Source: an uncultured Thermoanaerobaculia bacterium
GTDB taxonomy: Bacteria > Acidobacteriota > Thermoanaerobaculia > Multivoradales > JAGPDF01
Reading direction: 5' to 3'
Length of the DNA stretch: 64,000 nt
Assembly (NCBI GenBank): GCA_964476605.1
Contig: CAYZBH010000004.1
Location: 704 to 64,703 of the forward strand
Shown: in pieces, positions 55,963 to 64,000 of the stretch
How positions within the stretch are numbered: position 1 is the stretch's first letter
Layout of the letters: every line of letters begins with the position of its first letter
Notes under the pieces: generated by a model
Told to the model about the DNA's origin: nothing
Database searches by the model: none
Seen by the model: the letters and a program-made list of their open reading frames with translations, nothing else
Translations under genes and position numbers: made by a program

Positions 55963-58776
55963 ATGGTCGGTCGGCGGGCTCTCTGGTGTGGCTGGATGGT
56001 GGTCTCGATGCTCGCGCTCGCCGCCCCGGCGGCGGCCGGCGGTCCGACCTCGATCGAGTTTCTCGGCAACGCGACGCTCCCCCCCGAAACCCGGCTCGAC
56101 GGCGTGCCGGTGGGGGGGCTCTCGGGGCTCGCGTGGGACGCCGCGAGCGGCGACTTCCTGGCCCTCTCCGACGACCGCTCCGAGCTCGGACCGGCGCGTT
56201 TCTACCGGCTGCGTTTCGAGCTCGCGAACGGGCGCTTCGGCGACTCGGGTCTCCGGGTGCTCGCCGCGACGCCGATTCTCGGGCCGGACGGCAGGACGCT
56301 GCCGCGCCGGAGCGCCGACCCCGAAGGGATCGCCTACGACGAGGGGAGGCTGTTCGTCTCGTCGGAGGGGGAGGCGAAGGTCCGCATCCCGCCGTTCGTC
56401 GCCGAGCTCTCTCCCGACGGACACTGGCGGCGCGAGTTGCCGCTGCCGGCGCGCTATCTCCCGGACGGGGAGGAGCGGAGCGGAGTGCGCGACAACCTCG
56501 CCTTCGAGGCGCTGACGCTCTCGCCCGACGGGCGGACCCTGATCGCCGGCCTCGAGAACGGCCTCGCGCAGGAGAGCCCGAAGGCGGGGCCGGGGCAGGC
56601 GAGCCGCTCCCGCCTGCTGCTCTGGGACCTCGAGTCGGGGGAGCCGCCGCGCGAGCTCCTCTACGACGTCGAGGGACTGACGATCACGCCCCCGAATCCG
56701 AGCGCGCTCGCGCTCAACGGCCTGGTGGAGCTGACGGCCGTCGACGGCCAGCATCTGCTGGCGCTCGAGCGCCAATTCGTGGGGGGAGTGGGTGTGGTTC
56801 TCCGTCTCTTCGCGGTCGACCTCGCGGGCGCCTCCGACGTCGCCGCGATCGACCGGACGGCGGGGCGTACCGATCTCGTCCCGGCCGCGAAGACGCTGCT
56901 GCTCGACTTCTCGGCGCTCGGCGTGCCGCTCGACAACTTCGAGGGGATGACGTTCGGTCCGGTTCTTCCCGACGGCCGCCGCACCCTCTTCGTGGTGAGC
57001 GACGACAACTTCGACGCCGAGGCGCAGCGCACGATCGTGCTCGCCTTCGCGATCGGCTTCGAGCCGCTCGGGATCGGCGCCGTGCAAGGGGCCGGGCACC
57101 GCTCGCCGTACGCGGGGCGGTGGGTGGAGGGCCTCGAGGGCGTGGTCACCGCGATCGAGGACAGCGAGAAGAGCCGCGGCTTCTGGATGGAGTCGGAGCG
57201 GGGGGACGGTGATCCCGCGACGTCGGAGGGGATCTACGTCGCCTGGGAAGGCGCTTCGACGCTCCACCCCGGCGAGCGCGTGCGGGTGGGCGGGCACGTC
57301 GAGGAGCGGGGGCCCGCGAGCGGGCTACCGGTGACGACGCTCGCGGAGACGGCGCTCGCGCCGCTCGGCGAAGGGGCGCCGCCGCCGCCGCGGCGCCTGT
57401 TCTCCGACCTCCGTCCACCGGCCCAGGTCGACGACGATGGGCTCGCCGATTTCCAACCGGGAAACGACGCCATCGACTTCTGGGAGGCGCTGGAAGGGAT
57501 GCGGGTCGTGGTGCCGGCGGGCGCCGTGGTGGGGCCGACGCGCGACTTCGGCGAGCTGGTGCTCTTTCCCGACGGTGCCCAGCCGCAGCCGCGAACGCTG
57601 GTGGGCGGCCTCCGCGCGACCGCGGCCGGTCCGTCGCTCGAGCGCGTGATCCTCGGGCGCCGGCTCACCGGGCGCATTGCCGAGCTCTCGGTGGGGGACC
57701 GCGTCGGAGAGGACGTGGTCGGCATCGTCGACTACTCCTTCTCGAACTACAAGGTGCAGCCGCTCGCGCCGCTGGTGGCGGTCGCGCGCGGCAGGTCCTG
57801 CCGCGACGCGAGCGCGCTCGGCTCGAGCCGCCGCTTCGTCACCCTCGGAACCTACAACGTCGAGAATCTCTCCGCCGCCGGTCCGGGCGCGCGCTTCGAC
57901 GGGATCGGCGACGTGATCGCCCGCTCGATGCACGCGCCGGCGATCGTGGCGCTCGAGGAGATCCAGGACGACAGCGGAGCGGCCGACGACGGCACGGTGA
58001 CCGCCAAGGCGACGCTCACGCGCGTCGTCGACGCGGTGGTGCGCTCGGGGGGACCGCGTTACCAAGCGCTGGTCATCGATCCCGAGAACGACCGGGACGG
58101 AGGGCAGCCGGGCGCCAACATCCGCGTCGCCCTCCTCTACGACCCGGAGCGGGTCGAGTTCGTGCCGCGCGGCACGGCGGGACCCGACGACGCGGTCGAG
58201 GTGCTGCGGCACGGCCACTCGGTCGGCCTCTCGCTCTCCCCGGGGCGCGTGGCGCCGGCGTCGGCGGCGTTCGACCTGCGGAGCGGCGAAGGGGTCCGGA
58301 AGTCGCTCGCGGCCGAGTTCCGCGCCGGCGGGCGCAGCCTCTTCGTGATCGCCAACCACTGGACCTCGAAGTGGGACGACGACCGACCCTTCGGGTCTCG
58401 CCAGCCGGCGCGGGAGCGGACGAGCGCGCGCCGGCTCGCGCAGGCCGGCGAGATCCGTGCCTTCGTCGACCGCATCCTGGCGGTGGATCCGCTGGCGCGC
58501 GTCGTGGTGCTCGGAGACCTCAACGACGTCGAGACGAGCGAGCCGGTGCGCAAGCTCGCGGCGCCGCCGCTCGTCAACCTGGTGGAGCGGGTGCCGGACG
58601 CCGACCGCTACAGCTTCAACCACGAGGGGACGTCGCAGGCGATCGATCACGTCGTGGTGAGCCCGATCCTGGCGCGCGACGCGCAGGTCGACATCGTGCA
58701 CGTCGACGCCGACTGCACGGCGAGCCTGCGCGCGAGCGATCACGATCCGGTCGTCGTGCGGTTGCGCGTCGAGTGA
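55963..58776 (+). CDS. Secreted two-domain protein: N-terminal phytase-like esterase domain (PF13449-like) + C-terminal endonuclease/exonuclease/phosphatase (EEP) domain
   Basis: Start chosen at MVGRRALWCGWMVVSMLALAAPAAAGG (signal). The track start at 55906 is also possible. EEP motifs: LGTYNVENL, ALEEIQD, IANHWTSK, SDHDPVVVRL. Confidence 0.65.
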   Translation: MVGRRALWCGWMVVSMLALAAPAAAGGPTSIEFLGNATLPPETRLDGVPVGGLSGLAWDAASGDFLALSDDRSELGPARFYRLRFELANGRFGDSGLRVLAATPILGPDGRTLPRRSADPEGIAYDEGRLFVSSEGEAKVRIPPFVAELSPDGHWRRELPLPARYLPDGEERSGVRDNLAFEALTLSPDGRTLIAGLENGLAQESPKAGPGQASRSRLLLWDLESGEPPRELLYDVEGLTITPPNPSALALNGLVELTAVDGQHLLALERQFVGGVGVVLRLFAVDLAGASDVAAIDRTAGRTDLVPAAKTLLLDFSALGVPLDNFEGMTFGPVLPDGRRTLFVVSDDNFDAEAQRTIVLAFAIGFEPLGIGAVQGAGHRSPYAGRWVEGLEGVVTAIEDSEKSRGFWMESERGDGDPATSEGIYVAWEGASTLHPGERVRVGGHVEERGPASGLPVTTLAETALAPLGEGAPPPPRRLFSDLRPPAQVDDDGLADFQPGNDAIDFWEALEGMRVVVPAGAVVGPTRDFGELVLFPDGAQPQPRTLVGGLRATAAGPSLERVILGRRLTGRIAELSVGDRVGEDVVGIVDYSFSNYKVQPLAPLVAVARGRSCRDASALGSSRRFVTLGTYNVENLSAAGPGARFDGIGDVIARSMHAPAIVALEEIQDDSGAADDGTVTAKATLTRVVDAVVRSGGPRYQALVIDPENDRDGGQPGANIRVALLYDPERVEFVPRGTAGPDDAVEVLRHGHSVGLSLSPGRVAPASAAFDLRSGEGVRKSLAAEFRAGGRSLFVIANHWTSKWDDDRPFGSRQPARERTSARRLAQAGEIRAFVDRILAVDPLARVVVLGDLNDVETSEPVRKLAAPPLVNLVERVPDADRYSFNHEGTSQAIDHVVVSPILARDAQVDIVHVDADCTASLRASDHDPVVVRLRVE

Positions 58777-58816
58777 GCGGACGGCGCCGCGGCGATCTCC
58801 GGTATCCTCGGGCGTC

Positions 58817-60142
58817 ATGAGCGCTCGCGAGGAGGGCGGCGGGGTGGACGGGAAGCGGCGCCTGCCGCTGCACGTCCGCATGCTGATCGGCTTCGCGTTC
58901 GGCGTCGTCGCGGGGCTCACCGCGCACGCCTTCTTCGCGGGGGATCCCCGCCTCGCCTGGTTGCTGGCCAACGTCGCGCAACCGATCGGCAAGGTCTTCC
59001 TCCGGCTTCTCTTCATGCTCGTGGTACCGCTCATCTTCTCGGCGCTGGTGTTGGGCGTCACCGGCCTCGGGGATCTCCGCCACCTCGGGCGCATCGGCTT
59101 GAAGACGCTCGCCTACACGGTGGGTGTCTCGGCGATCGCGGTGCTGATCGGCCTCGGACTGGTGAACCTCCTGAAGCCTGGCGAGGGGATGTCCGAGCGC
59201 GAGCGCGCGGCGCTCACGGCCGGCGCCGCCGACCGCACGACGGTGCTCGCCAAGGCGCAGGCGCCCAAGGGGGGGATCGAGCTCCTGACCGACATCGTGC
59301 CGGCGAACCCGGTGCGCGCGGCCTCGGACAACGACCTCCTGGCGGTGATGTTCTTCTCGCTCTTCTTCGGCATCGGCTTGACCCTCACGCGGACCGAGAA
59401 GGCACGCCGTCTCGAGGAGGCGATCGAGGGGCTCTACGACGTCAGCATGCGGCTGATCGGCATCGTCATCGCTTTCGCGCCGGTGGGGGTCGCGGCCCTT
59501 CTCTTCTCGCTCGCGGCCGATCTCGGCGTCGGCATCCTGGTGCAGCTCGCGCGCTACGTCGGCGTGGTGCTGCTCGCTCTCGCCCTCCACCAGTTCGTCG
59601 TCTACTCGCTCGCCGTCTGGTGGTTGGGCGGCATGTCTCCGCGCGTTTTCTTCCGGGGCATCGAGGAGGCGATGATCACCGCCTTCTCGACCGCGTCGTC
59701 GAACGCGACGCTGCCGACCGCGCTCCGGGTGGCGGAGGAGAAGCTCAAGCTGCCGCCCCACGTCTCCCGTTTCGTGCTCACCCTCGGCTCGACCGCCAAC
59801 CAGAACGGCACCGCGCTCTTCGAAGGGGTGACCGTGCTCTTCCTCGCCCAGTTCTACGGCGTGGAGCTGGCGCTCGGCCAGCAGCTGATGGTGCTGCTGA
59901 TCTGCATCCTCGGCGGCGTGGGGACGGCGGGGGTCCCGGCGGGCTCGATCCCGGTGGTGGCGATGATCCTCGGGCAGGTCGGCGTGCCGGTCGAGGGGAT
60001 CGGCGTCATCCTCGGCGTCGACCGCTTCCTCGACATGTGCCGCACGACGCTCAACGTCTCGGGCGACCTCGCCGCCGCGGTGGTGGTGGCCCGCGGCGAG
60101 AGCCGCGACGGATCGCTCGGAGAGCCGCTTCCGGGCGCCTGA
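58817..60142 (+). CDS. Dicarboxylate/amino acid:cation symporter (DAACS, GltP/DctA family)
   Basis: 8-10 TM segments plus re-entrant hairpins. Conserved SSNATLP and GVPAGS...MILG motifs. An alternative ATG at 58880 is possible. Confidence 0.8.
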   Translation: MSAREEGGGVDGKRRLPLHVRMLIGFAFGVVAGLTAHAFFAGDPRLAWLLANVAQPIGKVFLRLLFMLVVPLIFSALVLGVTGLGDLRHLGRIGLKTLAYTVGVSAIAVLIGLGLVNLLKPGEGMSERERAALTAGAADRTTVLAKAQAPKGGIELLTDIVPANPVRAASDNDLLAVMFFSLFFGIGLTLTRTEKARRLEEAIEGLYDVSMRLIGIVIAFAPVGVAALLFSLAADLGVGILVQLARYVGVVLLALALHQFVVYSLAVWWLGGMSPRVFFRGIEEAMITAFSTASSNATLPTALRVAEEKLKLPPHVSRFVLTLGSTANQNGTALFEGVTVLFLAQFYGVELALGQQLMVLLICILGGVGTAGVPAGSIPVVAMILGQVGVPVEGIGVILGVDRFLDMCRTTLNVSGDLAAAVVVARGESRDGSLGEPLPGA

Positions 60143-60268
60143 GCCCCGGCGCGGCGCGGCGCCGGCTTCTCCCCGGTTCCCCCGGATTCGCCCGGGTTCC
60201 AAGACCCGGGGCGGAATGTCACCTGCGCTCGACTGACTTCGTCACCGCCCGGCCGCTACCGTCGGGGC

Positions 60269-62053
60269 ATGCCGGGGATCCGCCTCGACCAGCTCACGAA
60301 ACGCTACGAGGGCCGGCCGGTGGTCTCGAACGTGACGCTCGAGGTCAAGGACGGCGAGCTCTGCGTGTTGTTGGGCCCCTCGGGGAGTGGCAAGAGCACC
60401 ATCCTCCGCCTGATCGCCGGGTTGGCGCCGCTCGACGGCGGCCGTATCCTGCTCGGAGATGCCGATCTCGCCGGGGTCCCGGCGCGCCGGCGCGATTGCG
60501 GATTCGTCTTTCAGAGCTACGCCCTCTTCCGCCGGATGACGGTCGCCGAGAACGTGGCCTTCGGCCTCCGGGTGCGGGGCGTGCCGCGCGAGGAGCGGCG
60601 GCGGCGGACCGCCGAGCTGCTCGAGCTGGTCGATCTCACGGGGCTCGGCGGCCGTTTCCCGTCGCAGCTCTCGGGCGGACAGCAGCAGCGCGTGGCGCTC
60701 GCGCGAGCGCTCGCCTTCCGGCCGCGCGTGCTGCTGCTCGACGAGCCCTTCGGCGCTCTCGACGCGCGCATCCGGATCGAGCTCCGGCGGAGCCTGCACG
60801 TCCTGCAGCGCGAGGTCGGCATCACCTCCCTGTTCGTGACCCACGATCAGGAGGAGGCCTTCGAGCTCGGCGACCGCATCGCGGTGCTCGATCACGGCCG
60901 TTTGGTGGAGGACGGGACGCCGCGCGAGCTCTACCTGCGCCCGCAGACCGAGTTCACCGCCACCTTCCTGGGGGGAGCGAATCTCTGGGTGGGCGAGAGC
61001 TCGCCGGCGGGCGTCCGCTTCGGCTCGCTCGAGATGCCGGTCGCCGGCGCGGTGCGCGCGGACGGCGAGCGCCGCCGCGTGCAGGTGCTCGTGCGCCCGG
61101 AGGACGTCGCCCTGCAGCGCGACGCCGGGCGCCCCGACGGCGCGCCGCTCGGCCAAGGGAGAGTCGAGGAGATCGCCTTCTCGGGGGCGGTCGAGCGGCT
61201 GCGCGTGAGCCTGCCGGCGATCCCTGGAGTGCGCGTCATCCGGCCGGTGGCTCGTTTCGGCGGCGAGCGTTGGGAGATCGACGCGGAGCGCGCGCAGCAC
61301 GCCGGCCGACGGGAGCCCCTCGCGCCGGGGGACCCGATCTGGGTGAGCGTGCGGCGTCTGCACGCGCTGCTCCACCCCGGCCTCGCCTTGACGGTGCTCA
61401 CGGCCGGGGCGGGCGGGGAGCGCGCGCTCGCCTACGGCCAGGAGCTCGCCCGGCTCGCGCAGGCCCGTCTCGACCTGGCCGGCGACGCGGGCGCGCTCGC
61501 GGCGCGGCTCGAGCGCGATCCCGTCGATCTGGTGATCGCGGCGTCGCCGCCGTCGCGCCTCGCGGCGGCGAGCGAGGAGCTGCTCGCCCGCAGCGGCAAC
61601 GCGCACCTCCTGCTGGTCCGCGGGGAGCGTCCGCTGCCGCCCCGTCGCGTCCTGCTCGCGGTGGCGGTGGGGGAGCCGGGAAAGGAGGACGTCGCCTTCG
61701 CCGGGCGCTTCGCGCGTCACCTGGGCTCGCGGGCGACGGTGGTGACGGTGCTGCCGGAGGGCAGCGGCGAGCTCGCGCGCGGCGCCGCCGAGCGCTTCCT
61801 CGCCGCCTGCGTCCGCACGCTGGCTCCGCTCGGCGTCCCGGCGGTGGGGGAGATCGCCACCGGCGGGCTCGCGGCGGCGCTCGGCGCTCGGCTCGCCGGC
61901 GAGCACGACCTGCTGGTCATCGGATCGCCCCTGCCTGGCGTCGGGGGGCGCCTCGCCTGGGGTCCGGCGACGCGCGCGCTGCTCGACGGGCCGGGCGAGA
62001 CGCCGTTGCTCGTCGTCCGGTCGGCCCAGCCCGGGACGAGCCTTGGGAGGTGA
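60269..62053 (+). CDS. cysA: Sulfate/thiosulfate-type ABC transporter ATP-binding protein (CysA-like) fused to a C-terminal ~250-aa extension (TOBE-like + tandem UspA-like regions)
   Basis: Walker A: LLGPSGSGKST. Signature: LSGGQQQRVALARAL. Walker B: LLLDEPFGALD. H-loop: VTHDQEEA. Strong similarity in motif order to E. coli CysA. The extension past residue ~330 is Ala/Leu/Gly-rich with LLVVRS / LLVIGSP segments reminiscent of USP folds. Tentative. Confidence 0.8.
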   Translation: MPGIRLDQLTKRYEGRPVVSNVTLEVKDGELCVLLGPSGSGKSTILRLIAGLAPLDGGRILLGDADLAGVPARRRDCGFVFQSYALFRRMTVAENVAFGLRVRGVPREERRRRTAELLELVDLTGLGGRFPSQLSGGQQQRVALARALAFRPRVLLLDEPFGALDARIRIELRRSLHVLQREVGITSLFVTHDQEEAFELGDRIAVLDHGRLVEDGTPRELYLRPQTEFTATFLGGANLWVGESSPAGVRFGSLEMPVAGAVRADGERRRVQVLVRPEDVALQRDAGRPDGAPLGQGRVEEIAFSGAVERLRVSLPAIPGVRVIRPVARFGGERWEIDAERAQHAGRREPLAPGDPIWVSVRRLHALLHPGLALTVLTAGAGGERALAYGQELARLAQARLDLAGDAGALAARLERDPVDLVIAASPPSRLAAASEELLARSGNAHLLLVRGERPLPPRRVLLAVAVGEPGKEDVAFAGRFARHLGSRATVVTVLPEGSGELARGAAERFLAACVRTLAPLGVPAVGEIATGGLAAALGARLAGEHDLLVIGSPLPGVGGRLAWGPATRALLDGPGETPLLVVRSAQPGTSLGR

Positions 62054-62054
62054 C

Positions 62055-63353
62055 ATGAAGAGATTCGTACAGGAAGTGGCGATGACGGCGCGCGCGCTGC
62101 TCGCGCTCGCCGCCCTCGGGGTGCCGGGCGCCGGGCCGGCGGTCGCCGAGGAGTCGCCGCCCGCGCCGGCGGCCGCCGCCGCGGTGACCGCTGGCGGGAA
62201 CGGCTTCGGCCTCCGCTCCGCGGACGGAGAGTTCGAGCTTCGGCTGCGCGGGCTCCTGCAGACCGACGGGCGCTTCTCTTTCGGCGACGACGAGCGGCCC
62301 GCCGCCGACACCTTCCTGATCCGCCGCGCGCGACCGATCCTCGAAGGGACGGTCTGGAAGATCGTCGACTTCCGCCTGATGCCCGACTACGGCGGCGGCA
62401 ACGCGACGCTCCTCGACGCCTTCGTGGACCTCCGTTTCGCGCGCGCCCTCAAGCTGCGCGCCGGCAAAGCGAAGGTGCCGGTGGGGCTCGAAGCGCTCGC
62501 CGAGGACGCGACGCTGCCGTTCGTCGAGCGCGGGCTGCCGTCGCTCCTGGTGCCGAGCCGGGACGTGGGGGTGCAGGCGAGCGGCGAGCTGGCGGGAGGC
62601 GCCTTCCTCTACGCCGCGGGGCTCTTCAACGGCGCCGCGGACGGCGCGAGCGCCGATTCCGACGGCGGGGACGGCAAGGAGCTCGCGGCGCGGCTCGTCT
62701 TTCGCCCCTGGCGCGCTGGCGCGCGTGCGGGCGCGTTGGACGTCGGTCTCGGTCTCGCGGCTTCCAGCGGCTCGGCGCGCGGCACGCCGGCGACCGCGAA
62801 CGTCGCGACTTACAAGACGCCCGGGCAGCAGACCTTCCTCGCCTACCGCGCCGACGGCACCGCGTCCGGAACCGTCGTCGCCGACGGCCGGCGCGCGCGC
62901 CTGGCCCCGCAGGCGTGGCTGCGCACGGGAGCCTTCCTGGCCTACGCCGAGTGGACGGAGAGCCGGCAGGAGGTGCGGATCGGGGAGGCCTCGACCGAGC
63001 TCGGCCATCGTGCCTGGCAGGTCACCGGATCGTGGGCGCTCACCGGCGAGGCGCTCACCGAGCGTGGCCTCGAGCCCGCGCACCCGGCGGGCGCAGGCGG
63101 GGGGCGTGGCGCCTTCCTGCTCTCGCTCCGCGCCGGCGCCTTCACGGCCGACGCCGGGGCCTTTCCACGCTTCGCCGACCCGGAGCGCTCGGCGCGCCGG
63201 GCGGAGAACGCGGGCGCGAGCTTCGCCTGGATCCCCTGGCGGGCGCTCAAGCTCGTCGTCGACGGCGAGTGGACCCGCTTCGCAGGGGGCGCGCGGGGCG
63301 GAGATCGGGAGAGCGAACGGGTGGCGACGGTGCGGTTGCAGCTGGCGTTCTGA
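62055..63353 (+). CDS. Anion-selective outer-membrane porin of the phosphate-selective porin O/P family
   Basis: ATG 1 bp after the cysA stop, preceded by GGGAGG. Signal peptide. [12 protein letters not shown]...[13 protein letters not shown]...FRLMPDYG resembles Porin_O_P. C-terminal aromatic F. Confidence 0.65.
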   Translation: MKRFVQEVAMTARALLALAALGVPGAGPAVAEESPPAPAAAAAVTAGGNGFGLRSADGEFELRLRGLLQTDGRFSFGDDERPAADTFLIRRARPILEGTVWKIVDFRLMPDYGGGNATLLDAFVDLRFARALKLRAGKAKVPVGLEALAEDATLPFVERGLPSLLVPSRDVGVQASGELAGGAFLYAAGLFNGAADGASADSDGGDGKELAARLVFRPWRAGARAGALDVGLGLAASSGSARGTPATANVATYKTPGQQTFLAYRADGTASGTVVADGRRARLAPQAWLRTGAFLAYAEWTESRQEVRIGEASTELGHRAWQVTGSWALTGEALTERGLEPAHPAGAGGGRGAFLLSLRAGAFTADAGAFPRFADPERSARRAENAGASFAWIPWRALKLVVDGEWTRFAGGARGGDRESERVATVRLQLAF

Positions 63354-63374
63354 GCGACGGAGAACGGAGGTCTC

Positions 63375-64000
63375 GATGGCACGACGGATCCATTGCGCGA
63401 CGCTGCTCGCTCTCGTGTTGCCGGCGGGGCTCGCGGCGGCCGGGAAGCCGGTGACGCTGCTCAACGTCTCCTACGACCCGACGCGCGAGCTCTACCAGGA
63501 GGTCAACGCGGCGTTCGCGGCCGACTGGAAGGCGAAGACGGGTCAGGAGGTTTCGATCCAGCAGTCGCATGGCGGCTCGGGCAAGCAGGCGCGCTCGGTG
63601 ATCGACGGGCTCGAGGCCGACGTGGTGACGCTCGCGCTCGCCTCCGACATCGACGCCATCGCGCGGGTGGGCCTCCTGCCGGCCACCTGGCAGGGGCGGC
63701 TGCCGGCGAACAGCGCCCCCTACACCTCGACCATCGTCTTCCTGGTGCGGAAGGGGAATCCGAAGGGCGTTCGCGACTGGGGCGACCTCGCACGCCCGGG
63801 AATCTCGGTGATCACCCCCAACCCGAAGACCTCCGGGGGCGCGCGCTGGAACTACCTCGCCGCCTGGGGATCGGTGCTGCAGGGGGGGGGGGACGAAGCG
63901 GCGGCGCGGCGGCTCGTCGCCGCGATCTTCGCCAACGTCCCGGTGCTCGACACCGGGGCCCGCGGCGCGACCGTCACCTTCGCCGAGCGCGGCATCGGCG
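63375..64000 (+). CDS. sbp: Sulfate/thiosulfate ABC transporter periplasmic binding protein Sbp/CysP (5' part; continues beyond window)
   Basis: [13 protein letters not shown]...[30 protein letters not shown]...[18 protein letters not shown]...[20 protein letters not shown] matches E. coli Sbp almost motif-for-motif. GGAGG RBS. No stop before position 64000. Confidence 0.85.

Noticed and set aside
60242-62311. 689-aa minus-strand ORF antisense to cysA. Likewise 59620..62058 (+1 frame)
   Set aside because: Shadow ORFs. cysA frame has Walker A/B, signature and H-loop in the correct order.

Overview
This is a high-GC (roughly 68-72%) bacterial chromosomal window, gene-dense, with accessory regions interleaved among housekeeping genes; taxonomy is not assigned. 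Many long high-GC antisense ORFs in the six-frame track are spurious.

Housekeeping and transport content:
- NDH-2 (type II NADH dehydrogenase).
- A large hybrid sensor histidine kinase with a C-terminal receiver.
- A beta-lactamase-fold serine hydrolase.
- The msrPQ pair (methionine-sulfoxide reductase system).
- Two TonB-dependent receptors, one followed by an S9 peptidase.
- A rhodanese, a PP2C-type phosphatase, and a secreted phytase-like/EEP nuclease-phosphatase.
- A DAACS symporter.
- A sulfate uptake cluster: a CysA-like ATPase fused to extra C-terminal domains, an OprO/P-type anion porin, and the Sbp periplasmic binding protein, which runs off the end of the window.

Accessory content:
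1. An ELWxxDGT-repeat surface protein followed by two PilT-family retraction ATPases. The first carries an N-terminal MshEN-like motif, implying c-di-GMP binding.
2. A 3,189-aa multidomain adhesin (DUF11, FG-GAP, PKD-like, 2x LamG-like, 2x Calx-beta and 4x HYR modules, plus an IPTL-CTERM-like sorting tail). Its stop codon overlaps by 4 bp the start of a 1,944-aa RHS/YD-repeat protein with a SpvB-like N-terminus. That RHS protein ends in a low-GC C-terminal module with GIY-YIG nuclease motifs, and a small putative immunity gene follows.
3. An IS200-like/RAYT (REP-associated tyrosine transposase) HUH transposase gene. At least 25 copies of a short REP-like repeat (AATCGGCTGGCACC, either orientation) are confined to intergenic spacers across the window.
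4. A low-GC island at about 47.0-52.3 kb containing:
   - a VapBC toxin-antitoxin pair;
   - a 287-aa glycine-rich protein;
   - an amidohydrolase 3' remnant;
   - a tightly packed 3-gene cassette of unknown function, possibly Tdi1/DUF1851-like immunity proteins;
   - an Mrr type IV restriction enzyme;
   - a multi-TM protein.

I found no tRNA, rRNA or CRISPR array.
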